From Gammaproteobacteria bacterium (GTDB taxonomy: Bacteria > Pseudomonadota > Gammaproteobacteria > Francisellales > CACEW01): 64,000 nucleotides of DNA. The translations under genes were made by a program, and so were the position numbers. The stretch covers positions 17,902 through 81,901 of the forward strand of contig JAQSYQ010000009.1 of the NCBI GenBank assembly GCA_029256015.1. The letters run 5' to 3'. This document shows, in pieces, positions 9,852 through 19,835 of this stretch; position 1 is the first letter of the stretch, and the number at the start of each line of letters is the position of its first letter. The notes beneath the pieces were generated by a model. It was given only the letters and a program-made list of their open reading frames with translations, made no database searches and was not told where the DNA came from.

Positions 9852-10961
9852 TTAATGAGCTGGTGCAATGCTGTCACTTGCTGAGGCAGCGCCACCTGTT
9901 GTGGCTTGCGCGAAGAAAGCCGAAGAGATTCCTCCCTCGCTATGGCTTGCGGCCTCTCCTGCTCCTCCTTGTGCCAAAGGTTTGGCAACTTGCCTAATTT
10001 CAATGTTCTTATTAAGAATATGACATAAAGACAGCATGGCTAAAGAGCAGCAGATATTACGCGGAATTTTTTCCTCATTATAAGTCAGCTCTGGCAGCTT
10101 TTTGTAAATATCGCTTATATGCTGTTTTTTATCCTCCGAATATTCGCTAACTATCCGATTGATGACAGCAAACTTGGCATTATGGCTTTCCCACATAAAT
10201 GGTTTATTTTCAGTTATTGCACAAAGAAGTTGTAAAAATAGAACCTGTTCATCAAGTGTTAGATAAACTTTATCTATAAAATCAGAAACTTTGGCCCAGA
10301 ACTGCGTGTCATCCATAGTTGCCAATTCTTTAAATTTACTGATAACTCCCTCGACAGTGATCTCTTCTTTATCACTCACTTCGCTGCCTTCTATCATGGT
10401 AGGAAGAGCCAAGAACATATGGTTATCTTGGTGGTATGCCAACGCCCCATATATACCTCCTAGTATGGTTGCGATGGAAGCAGCCACGCCCAGAAATCCA
10501 CACATGATTTTCATTCGCTTGGCAAAAACACTGGGTTCATTAGCGGTTTCTCTATTGAGAAAGCTGTTTAAACTCTGCAGTGTAGAGTTCAACTCTCTGT
10601 TCTGGATCTCAATCTGAAAAAATTCAACATGCCTACTAGGATCAATAGGTAATTGCACTATTGTCCGTACTTCAGTAGCAAGTTGCTCTCTAGATCGGGG
10701 CTCTCTCCCAGGTTCACTCCTTTCTGGCCTACGACTGTCTCTATGTATAAATTCTACTATACGCTCATTAAGTTCTCTTATTCGCTGTTCACGCCCTTCC
10801 CCATGTGATGGATCCACTGGATGATGCGGCTCAGGGTGTGGGTGCGGTCCTGGATGTGGGTGTGGCTCAGGATGGTGTGGCCCAGGATGGTGTGGGTCTG
10901 GGTGGTGTGGCCCGGGATGGTGTGGGCCTCCTGACCCGCCATGAGGTAAACCTTTATGCAT
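9852..10961 (-). CDS. Orphan protein with His-Pro repeat N-terminus and a central TM segment
   Basis: (PHHPG/D/E)n; hydrophobic MCGFLGVAASIATILGGIYGALAY; AGGAGG RBS. Confidence 0.85.
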   Translation of the reverse strand: MHKGLPHGGSGGPHHPGPHHPDPHHPGPHHPEPHPHPGPHPHPEPHHPVDPSHGEGREQRIRELNERIVEFIHRDSRRPERSEPGREPRSREQLATEVRTIVQLPIDPSRHVEFFQIEIQNRELNSTLQSLNSFLNRETANEPSVFAKRMKIMCGFLGVAASIATILGGIYGALAYHQDNHMFLALPTMIEGSEVSDKEEITVEGVISKFKELATMDDTQFWAKVSDFIDKVYLTLDEQVLFLQLLCAITENKPFMWESHNAKFAVINRIVSEYSEDKKQHISDIYKKLPELTYNEEKIPRNICCSLAMLSLCHILNKNIEIRQVAKPLAQGGAGEAASHSEGGISSAFFAQATTGGAASASDSIAPAH

Positions 10962-11070
10962 AAAACCTCCTATTAAGTTAACTTTTGTTGAATCTTATTG
11001 TTTTAGCAAAATTTACAGCGCCAAATGAGAAACAGGGCTCCCGCTTTAGAGCATAGGCCAACGAAAACAT

Positions 11071-12885
11071 TCAAGGGGCAGGTGAAGCGCTTGAGCTTTT
11101 TCCTGCAGCAGTGCTTCTATGGGCTTCTGCAAATGCACTTGTTACAGCGCCTGAGCTGCTTATGCTGGGGCCAGCTGGCGGCTCTTTATAGCTTTTATCT
11201 TCAACCGAGCTTGGAAAAGCTTGAGAATCCTTAAGCTTGGCCGGAAATTGAATGAGCCTTTTTTCGGCTGGTTTACGGCCCTCTTCTTCACCATACTGGC
11301 GATATATTAGGATAAAGCTTATTCTTGTAGGGTCAACTGGCATGGGTATATCTGTTAGCGTTGGGTTTTTACCCTGTATCTTTACCCACTCAGTCCACCT
11401 TATACCTGTATCCTGAGGTTGTTGCACTGTTTCACTTGAGCGATTTCCTATTACATTTCTGTAAGATATGCCGTAACGAACATACCTGGTATCCGGCTTG
11501 CTAAGTGCTTCTGACTTAGCCCAATCGATAACAACAGCAGTAGCCGGTATGGGTGGGTATAAACGATCTTTCCATTCATCGATATGCTTATCCCATTCTT
11601 GAGTCGGCTTTAAGCACTGCTCCAGCAATTCTTCGGTTTCTTTCTGTTTAATAGGCCGATAAGCTTTATAATCTTGGTCACGAAGTGCATTTCGATGGTA
11701 CCAAGTTATGTCAAAAATTCTAAAGCTAAGATCATGCAATACTAAGTGGCGATGAGGGCTGTCATCTTCTGCTCGATCAACAAATGTGGACCCATACCAT
11801 CTCTCTGTTCCAAATGTTTCAATAGCATTAAAGCAAGAATCGCCGCCCCGAATGTCACGAAATCCATGGCCTAGTTCTTTTATTTTTTTTGACTCAATCA
11901 AAAATTTAAATTGGCCCTTAGTAATCACTTGTCTCAATGCATATTGGTAGGGATTAGCAAATCTAAAATGTGCTATTTGATGATCAAAGCGGAATCTATC
12001 AGGTTTTCTAAAACTTGCACTATTTCCCATGCCTTGAGTCATCTTTAGCTCTGAGCCATGGATTTCGATATCATCATGTATAATCTGAATAGAATTCATA
12101 CGACGGTTGATAATATTTTTTTTGATGAAATTAAGACGCTCCTGAAACCGCTTTTTATCTGCCTTTAAATTTATTAACTCCATGGCTGCCATAGTCGGTC
12201 TTTCAATAAATGCTTCAGAGCTGTTAATTAATTCATAAGACTCTACAAAAGCCCATAGCTCTACAGCTAGCTTTCTACAAACTAGATATAATGTCATAGC
12301 ACAAATGAGCAAATCAAATTTACGAATAGCTAAGTCATAAGCATTTTTGCTTACGTATATGGGCTTTTCCGGCTCGCCAAACACAAGATCAGCATCAGTT
12401 GCAAGTGCTCCGATAACATCGTTAAGTTTTGATAGATTGTCTTTTATTTCTGCGAATACGCCAGAGTTATCCTTAGTTTCCCCTGCTCTGACAAAGACAT
12501 GGCCTGCAATTTTATTATATTGTAGATTTACGTTGTCTCTCATTTGGTCAAATTCTTCGCTGGTTTTATCTCTCCACTCTTGGACAGCATTAAATTTGTC
12601 TTTTAGCGTTTCATATTTGTGCTCTTTCGCAAGAAAAGCTATAGCCTTGTATAATTCATTCCATGGGTCGATGCCATAGTCTGGTTTTGGCATAAGATAT
12701 GCTTCAATAAGAGTAATCCCTGCGGCTAAAAAAGGGGCTCCTGGGAAAGCCCAGACTAAATCTCTGGCGAGGCTTATACCAATTTGCCAATTGACTATTT
12801 CTTCATGTTTACCTTTCGATAAAATAGAGCTACTGCCAGCTCCGCCATGCGCCGTGGAAGTATGGCTTACTATCTCACCATGCAT
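11071..12885 (-). CDS. Orphan protein with possible delta-endotoxin (Cry/PirB) domain-I-like N-terminus
   Basis: AFPGAPFLAAGITLIEAYLMP...DPWNELYKAI and FDLLICAMTLYLVCRKLAV resemble Cry helices 1-2 and 5. Confidence 0.6.
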   Translation of the reverse strand: MHGEIVSHTSTAHGGAGSSSILSKGKHEEIVNWQIGISLARDLVWAFPGAPFLAAGITLIEAYLMPKPDYGIDPWNELYKAIAFLAKEHKYETLKDKFNAVQEWRDKTSEEFDQMRDNVNLQYNKIAGHVFVRAGETKDNSGVFAEIKDNLSKLNDVIGALATDADLVFGEPEKPIYVSKNAYDLAIRKFDLLICAMTLYLVCRKLAVELWAFVESYELINSSEAFIERPTMAAMELINLKADKKRFQERLNFIKKNIINRRMNSIQIIHDDIEIHGSELKMTQGMGNSASFRKPDRFRFDHQIAHFRFANPYQYALRQVITKGQFKFLIESKKIKELGHGFRDIRGGDSCFNAIETFGTERWYGSTFVDRAEDDSPHRHLVLHDLSFRIFDITWYHRNALRDQDYKAYRPIKQKETEELLEQCLKPTQEWDKHIDEWKDRLYPPIPATAVVIDWAKSEALSKPDTRYVRYGISYRNVIGNRSSETVQQPQDTGIRWTEWVKIQGKNPTLTDIPMPVDPTRISFILIYRQYGEEEGRKPAEKRLIQFPAKLKDSQAFPSSVEDKSYKEPPAGPSISSSGAVTSAFAEAHRSTAAGKSSSASPAP

Positions 12886-12976
12886 TTGAGTTTTCCCTTT
12901 GATTAGCTAAGTAAAACTTACCGAAAATAAAATCTTAGTCAATATCTATATTGAGTTAATTCTGAGCAAAGCTTAT

Positions 12977-14953
12977 CTAATCTTTTTTCGCAGACAAAGC
13001 CTGTGCCTGGAGTTGGTCAACCTCAAGAACTAAAGTGGTCTGATTGATAAAGGCCTGTAGTAAACGCATTTGATCGGTTAGTAATAGTCTTTTTGAATCA
13101 TTGGGTTTAATACCGATTACCCCTAAAGTCCCTTTAGAGCCTGTTAGAGGCAGATACAGCGCTTCGGCGAATGGCAAGGTTTGAGTGCCAAGTCCTGCTG
13201 TTTGCCCCATATCATAAACCCATTGAGCCACGCTCTGCTCTTTGGGGCTTAATTCATGGTTTAAAATAGGGTGGCTGGCGATAATGATTAATTTTGAATG
13301 TTCAGGCAATAGAGCAATCACTTGGCCATCAAAAACGGAAGCGATATGCATGGTGGCAATTTGAAGCAGCTGTTGAATTCCACGGTGGCTCGCTAATTGG
13401 CGGCTTAAAGCATGCAAGGCGGTAATTCTTTGTTCTCTTAATCTCGCTCTTTCAGCTTGTTGGCGAATCAAAATGGTGAGATGGCTAATGAGTAATCCTA
13501 CCAAAAGCATGACAGCTAATGTGAATAAATACTGGGTGTCTCCAATTGCGAAACTAAACCTGGGCTCAACAAAGAAAAAGTCAAACAGCAGCACGCTTAA
13601 AACCGAAGCTAGAGTCGATGGGCCACGACGGCCAAAGCCTGCCACAATCACGACTCCAAGCAAATAGAGCATCACCATATTGGATAGTTCCAAAAAGGGT
13701 GACATAAAATAACCCGCTACGGAAAGAACACTGACTATAACGGTGGCAAATAGGTAGGTGGACCAGGCGGTGGTTCGTTTTAAAGAACGACGATGTTTAA
13801 CATCGGCCAGCTCAGGGGAATCTGCCCTTATCACATAAATATCAATTTCACCGCTTCGACGAATCAGCTGATCGGTCAGGCTGCCTCTAAACAAGTTTTT
13901 CCAATGCGGCTTGATATGTTTGCTGATCATAATCTTGGTGACATTGCGGGAGCGAGCCAGGTCTAGAATTTCCTCAACCAGGTCTTCTCCCGTTAACACA
14001 ATAGCTTCACCACCAAGCTGTTCGGCCAGTTTTAAGTTTTGGTTAGCACTGTTTTTTTGAGCGTCAGTTAAGTGCAGTTTAGGGGATTCAACATAGACCG
14101 CGAACCATTCTGCATGAAGATAGGAAGCCATTCTTTTGGCTGCTCTCACCAATTTAGCTGAGCCTGAGCCTGGGCCGATACAGACCAACAGCCTTTCACT
14201 TGTTGGCCAGGTTTCGGTAATCGCTTGGCTTTTACGATGAGATAAGACTTGGGCGTTAACCTGTTCCGCCATTACCCTTAAAGCCAGCTCTCTTAGCGCG
14301 GTTAAATTGCCTTTCCTAAAAAAGTGCTGTTTGGCTAAAACAGCCTGATCTTTAATATAAACCTTACCCTCTTCAAGACGCTTGAGTAAGTCATCCGGTG
14401 GCAAGTCCACCAGCTCAATTTTATCCGCTTCTTCTATAGCGGAATCCGGCACGGTTTCTCTAATGCGGATACCGGTAATTTGATTGACTATGTCATTGAG
14501 GCTTTCTAAGTGCTGAATATTTAAAGTGGTATAAACATCGATCCCGCAGTCCAAAAGTTCTTTAATATCTTGCCATCTTTTGGTGTGCCTTGAGCCTGGG
14601 ACATTGGTGTGGGCCATCTCGTCAATTAAGATTAGCTCAGGATGTCGCTCAAGCGCGGTATCTATATCAAATTCTTCTAAGAGCTTGCTTTGGTATTCAA
14701 TTTTCTTTCTAGGTAAAACCTCTAGGCCTTCCAACATTTCAGCCGTTTCTTGGCGGCCATGAGTTTCGGCTATCCCCACCAATACCTTGGTTCCATCTTC
14801 TTGGCGGGCCATCGCTTCTTGCAGCATGCTGTAGGTTTTCCCTACCCCAGGGGCCGCGCCTAAAAAGATTTTAAGTTTGCCTGGTTTGGCTTCTCGGTTT
14901 TCTTCCTGAATTTGCGCAAGCAGTGCTTCAGGAGTGAGCCGCTTTTCAGTCAT
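12977..14953 (-). CDS. kdpD: KdpD sensor lacking the histidine kinase module
   Basis: GKLKIFLGAAPGVGKTY, Usp domain, 4 TM, GAF; ends at 658 aa without HisKA/HATPase. Confidence 0.93.
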   Translation of the reverse strand: MTEKRLTPEALLAQIQEENREAKPGKLKIFLGAAPGVGKTYSMLQEAMARQEDGTKVLVGIAETHGRQETAEMLEGLEVLPRKKIEYQSKLLEEFDIDTALERHPELILIDEMAHTNVPGSRHTKRWQDIKELLDCGIDVYTTLNIQHLESLNDIVNQITGIRIRETVPDSAIEEADKIELVDLPPDDLLKRLEEGKVYIKDQAVLAKQHFFRKGNLTALRELALRVMAEQVNAQVLSHRKSQAITETWPTSERLLVCIGPGSGSAKLVRAAKRMASYLHAEWFAVYVESPKLHLTDAQKNSANQNLKLAEQLGGEAIVLTGEDLVEEILDLARSRNVTKIMISKHIKPHWKNLFRGSLTDQLIRRSGEIDIYVIRADSPELADVKHRRSLKRTTAWSTYLFATVIVSVLSVAGYFMSPFLELSNMVMLYLLGVVIVAGFGRRGPSTLASVLSVLLFDFFFVEPRFSFAIGDTQYLFTLAVMLLVGLLISHLTILIRQQAERARLREQRITALHALSRQLASHRGIQQLLQIATMHIASVFDGQVIALLPEHSKLIIIASHPILNHELSPKEQSVAQWVYDMGQTAGLGTQTLPFAEALYLPLTGSKGTLGVIGIKPNDSKRLLLTDQMRLLQAFINQTTLVLEVDQLQAQALSAKKD

Positions 14954-15534
14954 TTGACTTGATCCAGTGCTAGGTTAAGCTCTAAAACATTCACTCTGGG
15001 CTCTCCCAAAATCCCTAATTGTCGAGATTCAATATGCGACTGAATTAAGTTATCCACGGTTGCCATAGGCAAGTTGCGCGCTTTGGCGATTCTTGGAGCC
15101 TGATAAAAAGCCGCAGCTATGCTAATGTCAGGATCCAAGCCGCTTCCAGATTCTGTGACAAGATCAATGGGCACAAGGCCATCGGCATTAGGATCGGCTT
15201 GCTTTAAAGCAATAAGGCGGTTTTTAACGCTTGAAATAAGAGCTGGATTAGTGGGGCCTAAATTAGAGGCGGCGGATGAGGCGGCATTATAAGGAAAAGG
15301 CTCGGTTGCCGAAGGTCTTCCCCAAAAATACTTGGGACTATCAAAATGCTGGCCAATTAAGCTTGAGCCAATGACTTTACCGTTTTGCGTAATCAAGCTG
15401 CCATTGGCTTTACCTGAGAAAAGAGTTTGGCCAATTCCTGTGATCAATAAAGGGTAAAGAACCCCGGTTAATACAGTAAGCAAAACCAATAAGCTTAAAC
15501 CGATGCGTAGTTGTTTCAGTAATACGTTCAACAT
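14950..15534 (-). CDS. kdpC: K+-transporting ATPase C chain
   Basis: GSSLIGQ.F..PKYFWGRPSA, SGSGLDPDIS, GEPRVNVLELNLALD; TAATG overlap with kdpB. Confidence 0.96.
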   Translation of the reverse strand: MLNVLLKQLRIGLSLLVLLTVLTGVLYPLLITGIGQTLFSGKANGSLITQNGKVIGSSLIGQHFDSPKYFWGRPSATEPFPYNAASSAASNLGPTNPALISSVKNRLIALKQADPNADGLVPIDLVTESGSGLDPDISIAAAFYQAPRIAKARNLPMATVDNLIQSHIESRQLGILGEPRVNVLELNLALDQVK

Positions 15535-17606
15535 TAGAACCACCCCAAAGCATGTAAAATCATATCGATTAATTTAATGGCGATAAAAGGCACGATGAGT
15601 CCGGTTAATCCATAAAATAAAGCATTGCGGCGTAACAATTGCACCGCCGGAACGTGGCTGTATTTAACGCCTCTTAGAGCCAATGGAATTAAAAACACAA
15701 TGACCAAAGCGTTGAAGATGACAGCAGACAATACCGCGCTTTGAGGGGTGGAAAGGTGCATAATATTAAGCTTGTTAAGCACAGGATAAGTGCTGGCAAA
15801 AGCTGCCGGAATAATCGCGAAATATTTGGCTAAGTCATTGGTAATACTAAAGGTCGTTAAAGAGCCTCGGGTCATCAACAACTGTTTACCGATCTCAACG
15901 ATTTCAATCAGCTTGGTTGGGTTGGAGTCTAGATCCACCATGTTGCCGGCTTCTTTAGCAGCCTGGGTCCCTGTGTTCATAGCAAGGGCTACATCGGCTT
16001 GAGCTAAAGCGGGGGCGTCGTTGGTACCATCTCCAGTCATCGCTACTAAGCGGCCTTCAGCTTGTAGCCTTCTTATACACTTTAATTTATCTTCAGGGGT
16101 GGCATTGGCTAAGAAGTCATCTACTCCCGCTTCAGCGGCAATAGAGGCTGCAGTTAGGGTATTATCCCCAGTAATCATAATGGTTTTAATGCCCATTTTT
16201 CGAAGGTCGGCAAAGCGTTCTCTAATCCCGCCTTTAACGATATCTTTTAATCTAATGACCCCCAAAACGGTAGCGTTTTCAGTGACCACTAAAGGCGTGC
16301 CGCCTTGGCGAGAAATTTCATCGACCAAATGGCGAACGTTGGCAGGAAAAGACCCACCTTGATCATTGATATAGGACTCGATAGCCGGAGCCGCTCCTTT
16401 TCTAATTTGGCGATTAGGAAGGTCTACTCCGCTCATTCTAGTTTGAGCAGTAAAGGGTACAAAGGTAGCCTTTAACTCGTGAATGTCACGGCCTCTTAGG
16501 CCGTATTTTTCTTTTGCCAAAACTACAATACTACGCCCCTCGGGAGTCTCGTCGGCAAGAGAAGACAGTTGAGCTGCATCGGCTAAAGCTTGGATATCAA
16601 CTTCTTCAGCCGGAACGAACTCGGTGGCCTGGCGGTTTCCTAAAGTGATGGTTCCGGTTTTATCCAAGAGCAATACGTCCACATCTCCAGCCGCTTCAAT
16701 GGCTCGGCCTGAGACTGCAATCACATTGGCTTGGATCATTCTGTCCATGCCGGCAATTCCGATGGCAGATAATAGTCCCCCGATAGTAGTCGGGGCCAAG
16801 CAAACAAATAAGGCGATAACAATAGGAAGGCTAATGACAGTCCCTTGGCCGGCTGCATCCACGCTATAAATCGAAAAGGGCAGCAAGGTTACACAGACCA
16901 GTAAAAAAATAATGGTCAGGGTGGCCAATAGAATATTTAAAGCAATTTCATTCGGGGTTTTTTGACGCTGAGCGCCTTCAACCAAAGAGATCATATGATC
17001 TAAAAAGCTTTCACCCGGATTGGTGCTGATTCGAATAACTAGCCAGTCTGATAGAACTTGAGTGCCGCCAGTGACAGCGCTTCTGTCCCCACCGCTTTCA
17101 CGAATAACCGGGGCACTTTCGCCGGTAATGGCGCTTTCATTAACCGAGGCAATACCTTCTATTACTTCTCCGTCTCCCGGGATAAAATCGCCTGCTTCCA
17201 CTAATACAATGTCACCTATTCGCAGATTAGCAGAGGCAGTTAGGGTAACTTTACTGTTTCTGTCCTCAGAGGCTAATTTTTTGGCTTGAAGCTCGCGCTT
17301 GGCCTTTCTTAAAGTATCAGCTTGGGCTTTGCCTCTTCCTTCTGCCATCGCTTCAGCAAAGTTGGAAAAAAGCACGGTAAACCATAGCCACAGCGTGATG
17401 GCTAATACAAATCCAGTAGAGCCATGGTGGGGACGAAATATAGAATCGATAGCTAAAAATGAGCACAGAATGCAGCCCACATAGACGGTAAACATGACCG
17501 GGTTTTGCAATTGACGGCGTGGTGAAAGCTTTTTAAAAGCCTGGATAACCGCCGGAAAGATGATTTTGCTGTCGAATAATTTAGGTTTATTTGATTTAGT
17601 GTTCAT
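15534..17606 (-). CDS. kdpB: K+-transporting P-type ATPase B chain
   Basis: [25 protein letters not shown]. Confidence 0.98.
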   Translation of the reverse strand: MNTKSNKPKLFDSKIIFPAVIQAFKKLSPRRQLQNPVMFTVYVGCILCSFLAIDSIFRPHHGSTGFVLAITLWLWFTVLFSNFAEAMAEGRGKAQADTLRKAKRELQAKKLASEDRNSKVTLTASANLRIGDIVLVEAGDFIPGDGEVIEGIASVNESAITGESAPVIRESGGDRSAVTGGTQVLSDWLVIRISTNPGESFLDHMISLVEGAQRQKTPNEIALNILLATLTIIFLLVCVTLLPFSIYSVDAAGQGTVISLPIVIALFVCLAPTTIGGLLSAIGIAGMDRMIQANVIAVSGRAIEAAGDVDVLLLDKTGTITLGNRQATEFVPAEEVDIQALADAAQLSSLADETPEGRSIVVLAKEKYGLRGRDIHELKATFVPFTAQTRMSGVDLPNRQIRKGAAPAIESYINDQGGSFPANVRHLVDEISRQGGTPLVVTENATVLGVIRLKDIVKGGIRERFADLRKMGIKTIMITGDNTLTAASIAAEAGVDDFLANATPEDKLKCIRRLQAEGRLVAMTGDGTNDAPALAQADVALAMNTGTQAAKEAGNMVDLDSNPTKLIEIVEIGKQLLMTRGSLTTFSITNDLAKYFAIIPAAFASTYPVLNKLNIMHLSTPQSAVLSAVIFNALVIVFLIPLALRGVKYSHVPAVQLLRRNALFYGLTGLIVPFIAIKLIDMILHALGWF

Positions 17607-17618
17607 AGGGTTCTCGAT

Positions 17619-19379
17619 TTATTTGCCTAGCATCATGAGTTGTTCAACGATCGGCCCAAGCGCCAAGGATGGCAAAAAGGTCAATGCTCCCACGATCATA
17701 ATGATGACAACTAATAGCCCCACAAAAAATACCGTATCGGTGGGCAAAGTTCCCGAGCTGGGGGGAGTAATTTTTTTCTTGGCCAAAGAGCCGGCAATCA
17801 CCAATACCGGAATAATGATCCAGTAACGGCCAATCAGCATGGCAAGACTTCCTAAGACATTGTAGAAAGGAATGTCAGCGCTAAGCCCTGCAAAAGCACT
17901 TCCGTTATTATTCACCATAGAAGTGAATGCGTATAAAATTTCGCTAAACCCATGCGCTCCTGGATTACCTAAAACGGAACGGCCTATTTGAGTTGATACG
18001 CCAATTGCCGTCATAAGCAAAACCGTGCAGGGCATAACAAGCAAAGCGACCGAGGCCATTTTCATTTCAAAGGGCTCGATTTTCTTACCCAAATACTCCG
18101 GAGTCCTGCCCACCATTAGGCCTGCGACAAATACGGTGAGAATTACCATAATCAGCATACCGTAAAGCCCGGAACCTGCTCCACCGAAGATAATTTCTCC
18201 TAACTGCATGAGCCACATTGAAACCAAACCGCCTATTGGGGTCAGAGAATCCATTGAAGCATTGGTTGAACCATTAGAAGCGGCGGAAGTAGCAGAAGCC
18301 CAAATAGAAGAGTCTGTTATCCCAAATCGGGTTTCCTTGCCTTCCATATTGCCACCCGCGATACCCATATGAGTAAAGGCAGGGTTTCCGGCATGCTCGG
18401 CTGAAATGCCTATCAACATAAAGGGAATAAAAATAATGAGCATAGCAATTAAAATGGCCCAGCCTTGTTTGGTATCGCCTACCATACAGCCAAAGGTATA
18501 GCAGAGCGCAGCGGGTATTAGTAATATCGCCAGCATTTCAAGGAAGTTGCTAATTGGAGTGGGGTTTTCATAAGGGTGAGCTGAATTGGCGTTAAAATAG
18601 CCGCCGCCGTTAGTGCCCAGTTGCTTGATGGCAACCTGAGAAGCTACCGGCCCTTGAGGAAGGCTTTGCTGAGTAATGCTAATACTTTGGTTAACTGAGC
18701 GTCCTTGAGCATCGTTTGTGGTTTGCACGTAGGAGCTAGGCTGCAACACATTAACGGTTTGAGTACTATGGAAGTTTTGAATGACCCCTTGAGACATCAA
18801 TAGAGTTGCCCATAGGATAGAAAGAGGCAATAGAATATATAGGGTGCCTCGAGTCAGATCGACCCAGAAATTTCCTAAAGAGCCACTTTCCCTTCTGGAT
18901 ATTCCTCTTATCAAAGCGACCAGCACTGACATTCCAGTGGCAGCCGATAAGAAGTTTTGAGTACCTAAAACCAACATTTGAGTCAAATAGCTCATGCTAG
19001 TTTCTCCGCTATAGGACTGCCAGTTGGTATTGCTGATAAAGCTGATGGCGGTATTGAGAGCAGAGTCTGCAGAAGGAGCAGTAAAATGTTGGGGATTGAG
19101 AGGTAAGTAGAATTGAAGTCTTTGCACAGCATAAACCAAGAAAAAGCCCAGCAAATTGAAAATGATAATGGCGCTTAAATAGCTTTTCCAAGTCATTTCT
19201 TTGTCTGCTTTAATGCCGCATAGCTTATAAAAAAAGCGCTCAATGGGGCCTAAAAATTTTTCTACCCCAAAGCAAGACTTTCCTTCATAAACCCGTGACA
19301 TGTAAAGCCCTAAGGGTTTGACTAAAATTAATAAAACGAGAAGATAGACTGAGACTTGAATAAAAGCATTGATCGTCAT
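17619..19379 (-). CDS. kdpA: K+-transporting ATPase A chain
   Basis: NTNWQSYSGE, KQLGTNGGG, SNGS, GRTPEYLGKKI, NNGSAF; alternative GTG start at 19394. Confidence 0.98.
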   Translation of the reverse strand: MTINAFIQVSVYLLVLLILVKPLGLYMSRVYEGKSCFGVEKFLGPIERFFYKLCGIKADKEMTWKSYLSAIIIFNLLGFFLVYAVQRLQFYLPLNPQHFTAPSADSALNTAISFISNTNWQSYSGETSMSYLTQMLVLGTQNFLSAATGMSVLVALIRGISRRESGSLGNFWVDLTRGTLYILLPLSILWATLLMSQGVIQNFHSTQTVNVLQPSSYVQTTNDAQGRSVNQSISITQQSLPQGPVASQVAIKQLGTNGGGYFNANSAHPYENPTPISNFLEMLAILLIPAALCYTFGCMVGDTKQGWAILIAMLIIFIPFMLIGISAEHAGNPAFTHMGIAGGNMEGKETRFGITDSSIWASATSAASNGSTNASMDSLTPIGGLVSMWLMQLGEIIFGGAGSGLYGMLIMVILTVFVAGLMVGRTPEYLGKKIEPFEMKMASVALLVMPCTVLLMTAIGVSTQIGRSVLGNPGAHGFSEILYAFTSMVNNNGSAFAGLSADIPFYNVLGSLAMLIGRYWIIIPVLVIAGSLAKKKITPPSSGTLPTDTVFFVGLLVVIIMIVGALTFLPSLALGPIVEQLMMLGK

Positions 19380-19405
19380 TAATTGTTCCACCACAAAATT
19401 AGATC

Positions 19406-19433
19406 CTGGATCCCCAATCAGCTCAGGGATGGC
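19406..19433. repeat. Short REP/RPE-like palindrome (CTGGRTCCCC...GGGATGRC family)
   Basis: Similar to 61671-61698 and 56343-56437. Confidence 0.55.
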
Positions 19434-19472
19434 AATTGTCTATGATAGCAAGCTATTAAGACAATTTCTCAA

Positions 19473-19562
19473 TTAAAACCACTCCGGCTTAAATAAAGCC
19501 ACTAAAAGATATCCCAATAAACCTGTTGCGATGATAGCACCCATCCAATAGATAAGTTCCAT
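19473..19562 (-). CDS. kdpF: KdpF small subunit (29 aa; not in ORF track)
   Basis: MELIYWMGAIIATGLLGYLLVALFKPEWF; YL..AL..PE.F motif; AAGGAG RBS. Confidence 0.93.
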   Translation of the reverse strand: MELIYWMGAIIATGLLGYLLVALFKPEWF

Positions 19563-19564
19563 GC

Positions 19565-19654
19565 TCAACTCCTTAATTTTTCATACAAATAAGCAAGCAA
19601 GTAACAACAGCCGAAAAAGCCTATGGTGAATAAAGCGTATAACAGATCTAGCAT
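19565..19654 (-). CDS. Second small hydrophobic peptide upstream of kdpF (29 aa; not in ORF track)
   Basis: MLDLLYALFTIGFFGCCYLLAYLYEKLRS; AGGA RBS; stop abuts kdpF start. Confidence 0.75.
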   Translation of the reverse strand: MLDLLYALFTIGFFGCCYLLAYLYEKLRS

Positions 19655-19835
19655 GTTAGTTTTTTCCTAGCTAAACAATATTTAGGATAGCAGATGACAA
19701 TGATAAGTCTAGAGTTCACTAATGCTAGGGGCAGTTTGAATAAGCAGTTTAGCGTCACCCTCTATTTTGAATTGCTTATTCAAATTAAGGCGCCTTCTGC
19801 TATTCTATATGTTGTCAGAATCTAAAGAGTTAACA

